A stretch of 24,461 nucleotides of DNA, taken from the IMG/VR virus record IMGVR_UViG_3300005662_000231, positions 1-24,461 of that record; one strand, written 5' to 3'. Under the pieces are notes generated by a model, which was not told the origin of the DNA, did not search any database, and saw only the letters and a program-made list of their open reading frames with translations. The stretch comes from a virus (taxonomy: Duplodnaviria; Caudoviricetes). A program made the position numbers and the translations under genes. Shown here in pieces: positions 23,264-24,461 of this stretch. Numbering within the stretch: position 1 is the stretch's first letter; every line of letters starts with the position of its first letter.

Positions 23264-23306
23264 TTCGTTTACCTTTTAAAAGCTTTGTATCATAAATTAT
23301 TAGTTA

Positions 23307-23828
23307 TTATTGACTGTTTTTCTTTATATTTGTATATATCTGACGCGCATTAGATAATTTAAGAATAGCATTATTAAATTCTTCTCTTATAAAAGATTTT
23401 TCAGAGCTTAAACTTTCAATAGAATAATAACCATAATAATAATTTCTATCCAAAGAATTATCATTATAATACCCTAATGGAAACGTCATTAATCCAGTCA
23501 TTGTGGTGCCACTCATAGGTTTATAATATAAAGGAGAACCGGTAGGAATTTCTACTTTATTTTCTTCTTCTGGAAATTGACATATTACTTTATTTTTATT
23601 ATCTAAGATTTTATCCGCATAAAAACATTTTTCTTGAGGATTATTTTTTTGTAAAACTTGATAGTTTTTAACAGCTATTTCTTGAGATGTAGCGGGGTCT
23701 AAATATTTTACTAATTTGCCTGCATTGTTACAAGCGAAAGGAATTTCAAAGCCAAAAGGACAAGTTTTTTGTTCATTGTCTCTAATGACTTTCAAATGAA
23801 GTCTGGTATCTGCTTTTTCTTGTGGCAT
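23307..23828 (-). CDS. Hypothetical protein with four spaced Cys (CPFG..IPFAC...CFYA...VIC), 173 aa
   Basis: ORF starts 1 nt after the upstream stop. Possible metal-binding site. Confidence 0.75.
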   Translation of the reverse strand: MPQEKADTRLHLKVIRDNEQKTCPFGFEIPFACNNAGKLVKYLDPATSQEIAVKNYQVLQKNNPQEKCFYADKILDNKNKVICQFPEEENKVEIPTGSPLYYKPMSGTTMTGLMTFPLGYYNDNSLDRNYYYGYYSIESLSSEKSFIREEFNNAILKLSNARQIYTNIKKNSQ

Positions 23829-23829
23829 A

Positions 23830-24045
23830 TTATAACTTTGAAACTTGTTGGGCGAAAGCGTTTATTGCCATGACTAGTGAAGCTATAGTTTTTTTCTTTT
23901 TTCTTAATTTTTTTCTTTTATTTAAAAATTCAGAAACGCTTTTATGTTTAGACATGCTTCCATGATAAAAGCCCTCACCATAATCATAATTCTTTCTAAC
24001 AGGGCTAGGATAAGGTCTTACGTCTAAGTCGGTTCTATCACTCAT
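23830..24045 (-). CDS. Small basic hypothetical protein, 71 aa
   Basis: AAAGGA SD and ATGA-type 4-nt overlap with the upstream gene. Confidence 0.7.
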   Translation of the reverse strand: MSDRTDLDVRPYPSPVRKNYDYGEGFYHGSMSKHKSVSEFLNKRKKLRKKKKTIASLVMAINAFAQQVSKL

Positions 24046-24461
24046 AATGTTCCTTTAAAATTAACATAATTTAAAGGAATAATGTTCTCTATTTCTAGCT
24101 CTTTAATTAATTTAATAGTATTTTCTTGATTAAATCTCATTGCTTTATTAATTTTTTCAACAATGTATTTGGGTTTAACTTGATAAATTATTTCTTTGTT
24201 AGCAATAATCCAATTTTTAACTCTTTTTGACAATCTAAAATTTAATTTAGAGGATAAATAAATTGCTCTAATAATTCTATTCGGATCTAATCTTAAAGTA
24301 ATTTCGGGGTCTAAGCAAGTATCTATTTCTTTTGCATGTATTGCTTTTATCCCCTTTCTTAAAGGATCGTAAATTTTTTTTAAATCCATAGACATCAATA
24401 AAGCATTGCATGTAAAATCTCTGCTTAATAATTCTTGGTGAATTGAAGATATTTTCATTTT
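24042..24461 (-). CDS. CCA-adding enzyme / poly(A) polymerase family (class II nucleotidyltransferase), C-terminal part; 5' end outside window
   Basis: ELLSRDFTCNAL (RRDFTINA motif), YDPL..G...I, and DPNRIIRAI..SSKL.F (EDPLRILRA motif). The frame is open to the window edge. Confidence 0.85.
   Translation of the reverse strand, partial: KMKISSIHQELLSRDFTCNALLMSMDLKKIYDPLRKGIKAIHAKEIDTCLDPEITLRLDPNRIIRAIYLSSKLNFRLSKRVKNWIIANKEIIYQVKPKYIVEKINKAMRFNQENTIKLIKELEIENIIPLNYVNFKGTL

Noticed and set aside
1-24461. Stop-codon reassignment, as seen in some large phages
   Set aside because: Genes are full length and tightly packed under code 11, with TAA, TGA and TAG all used as stops.

Overview
This is an AT-rich, gene-dense segment of a large (jumbo-type) tailed dsDNA phage, read in the standard genetic code, with almost all genes on the minus strand. 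It carries the head and packaging module. In transcription order this comprises the C-terminal part of a CCA-adding/poly(A) polymerase-family nucleotidyltransferase, several hypotheticals, a lambda GpA-type large terminase, an inverted PIN-PhoH gene, and a portal. These are followed by putative head-cargo proteins (SEC-C-motif protein, GH73 muramidase, CX5R phosphatase), a 1242-aa prohead protease-scaffold gene with a probable nested scaffold start, and a terminator. The module ends with four related small helical proteins, two paralogous decoration-like proteins, and a >1014-aa protein missed by the ORF track. The main unexplained pattern is a shared sequence grammar: K-x-[A/G] lies within the first 9 residues of about 11 proteins and recurs at domain boundaries, and a helix-pair motif is shared by 5-6 otherwise different proteins. 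Together these suggest a capsid-targeting and protease-processing system for packaged cargo. No major capsid gene, RNA gene or CRISPR array was recognised.
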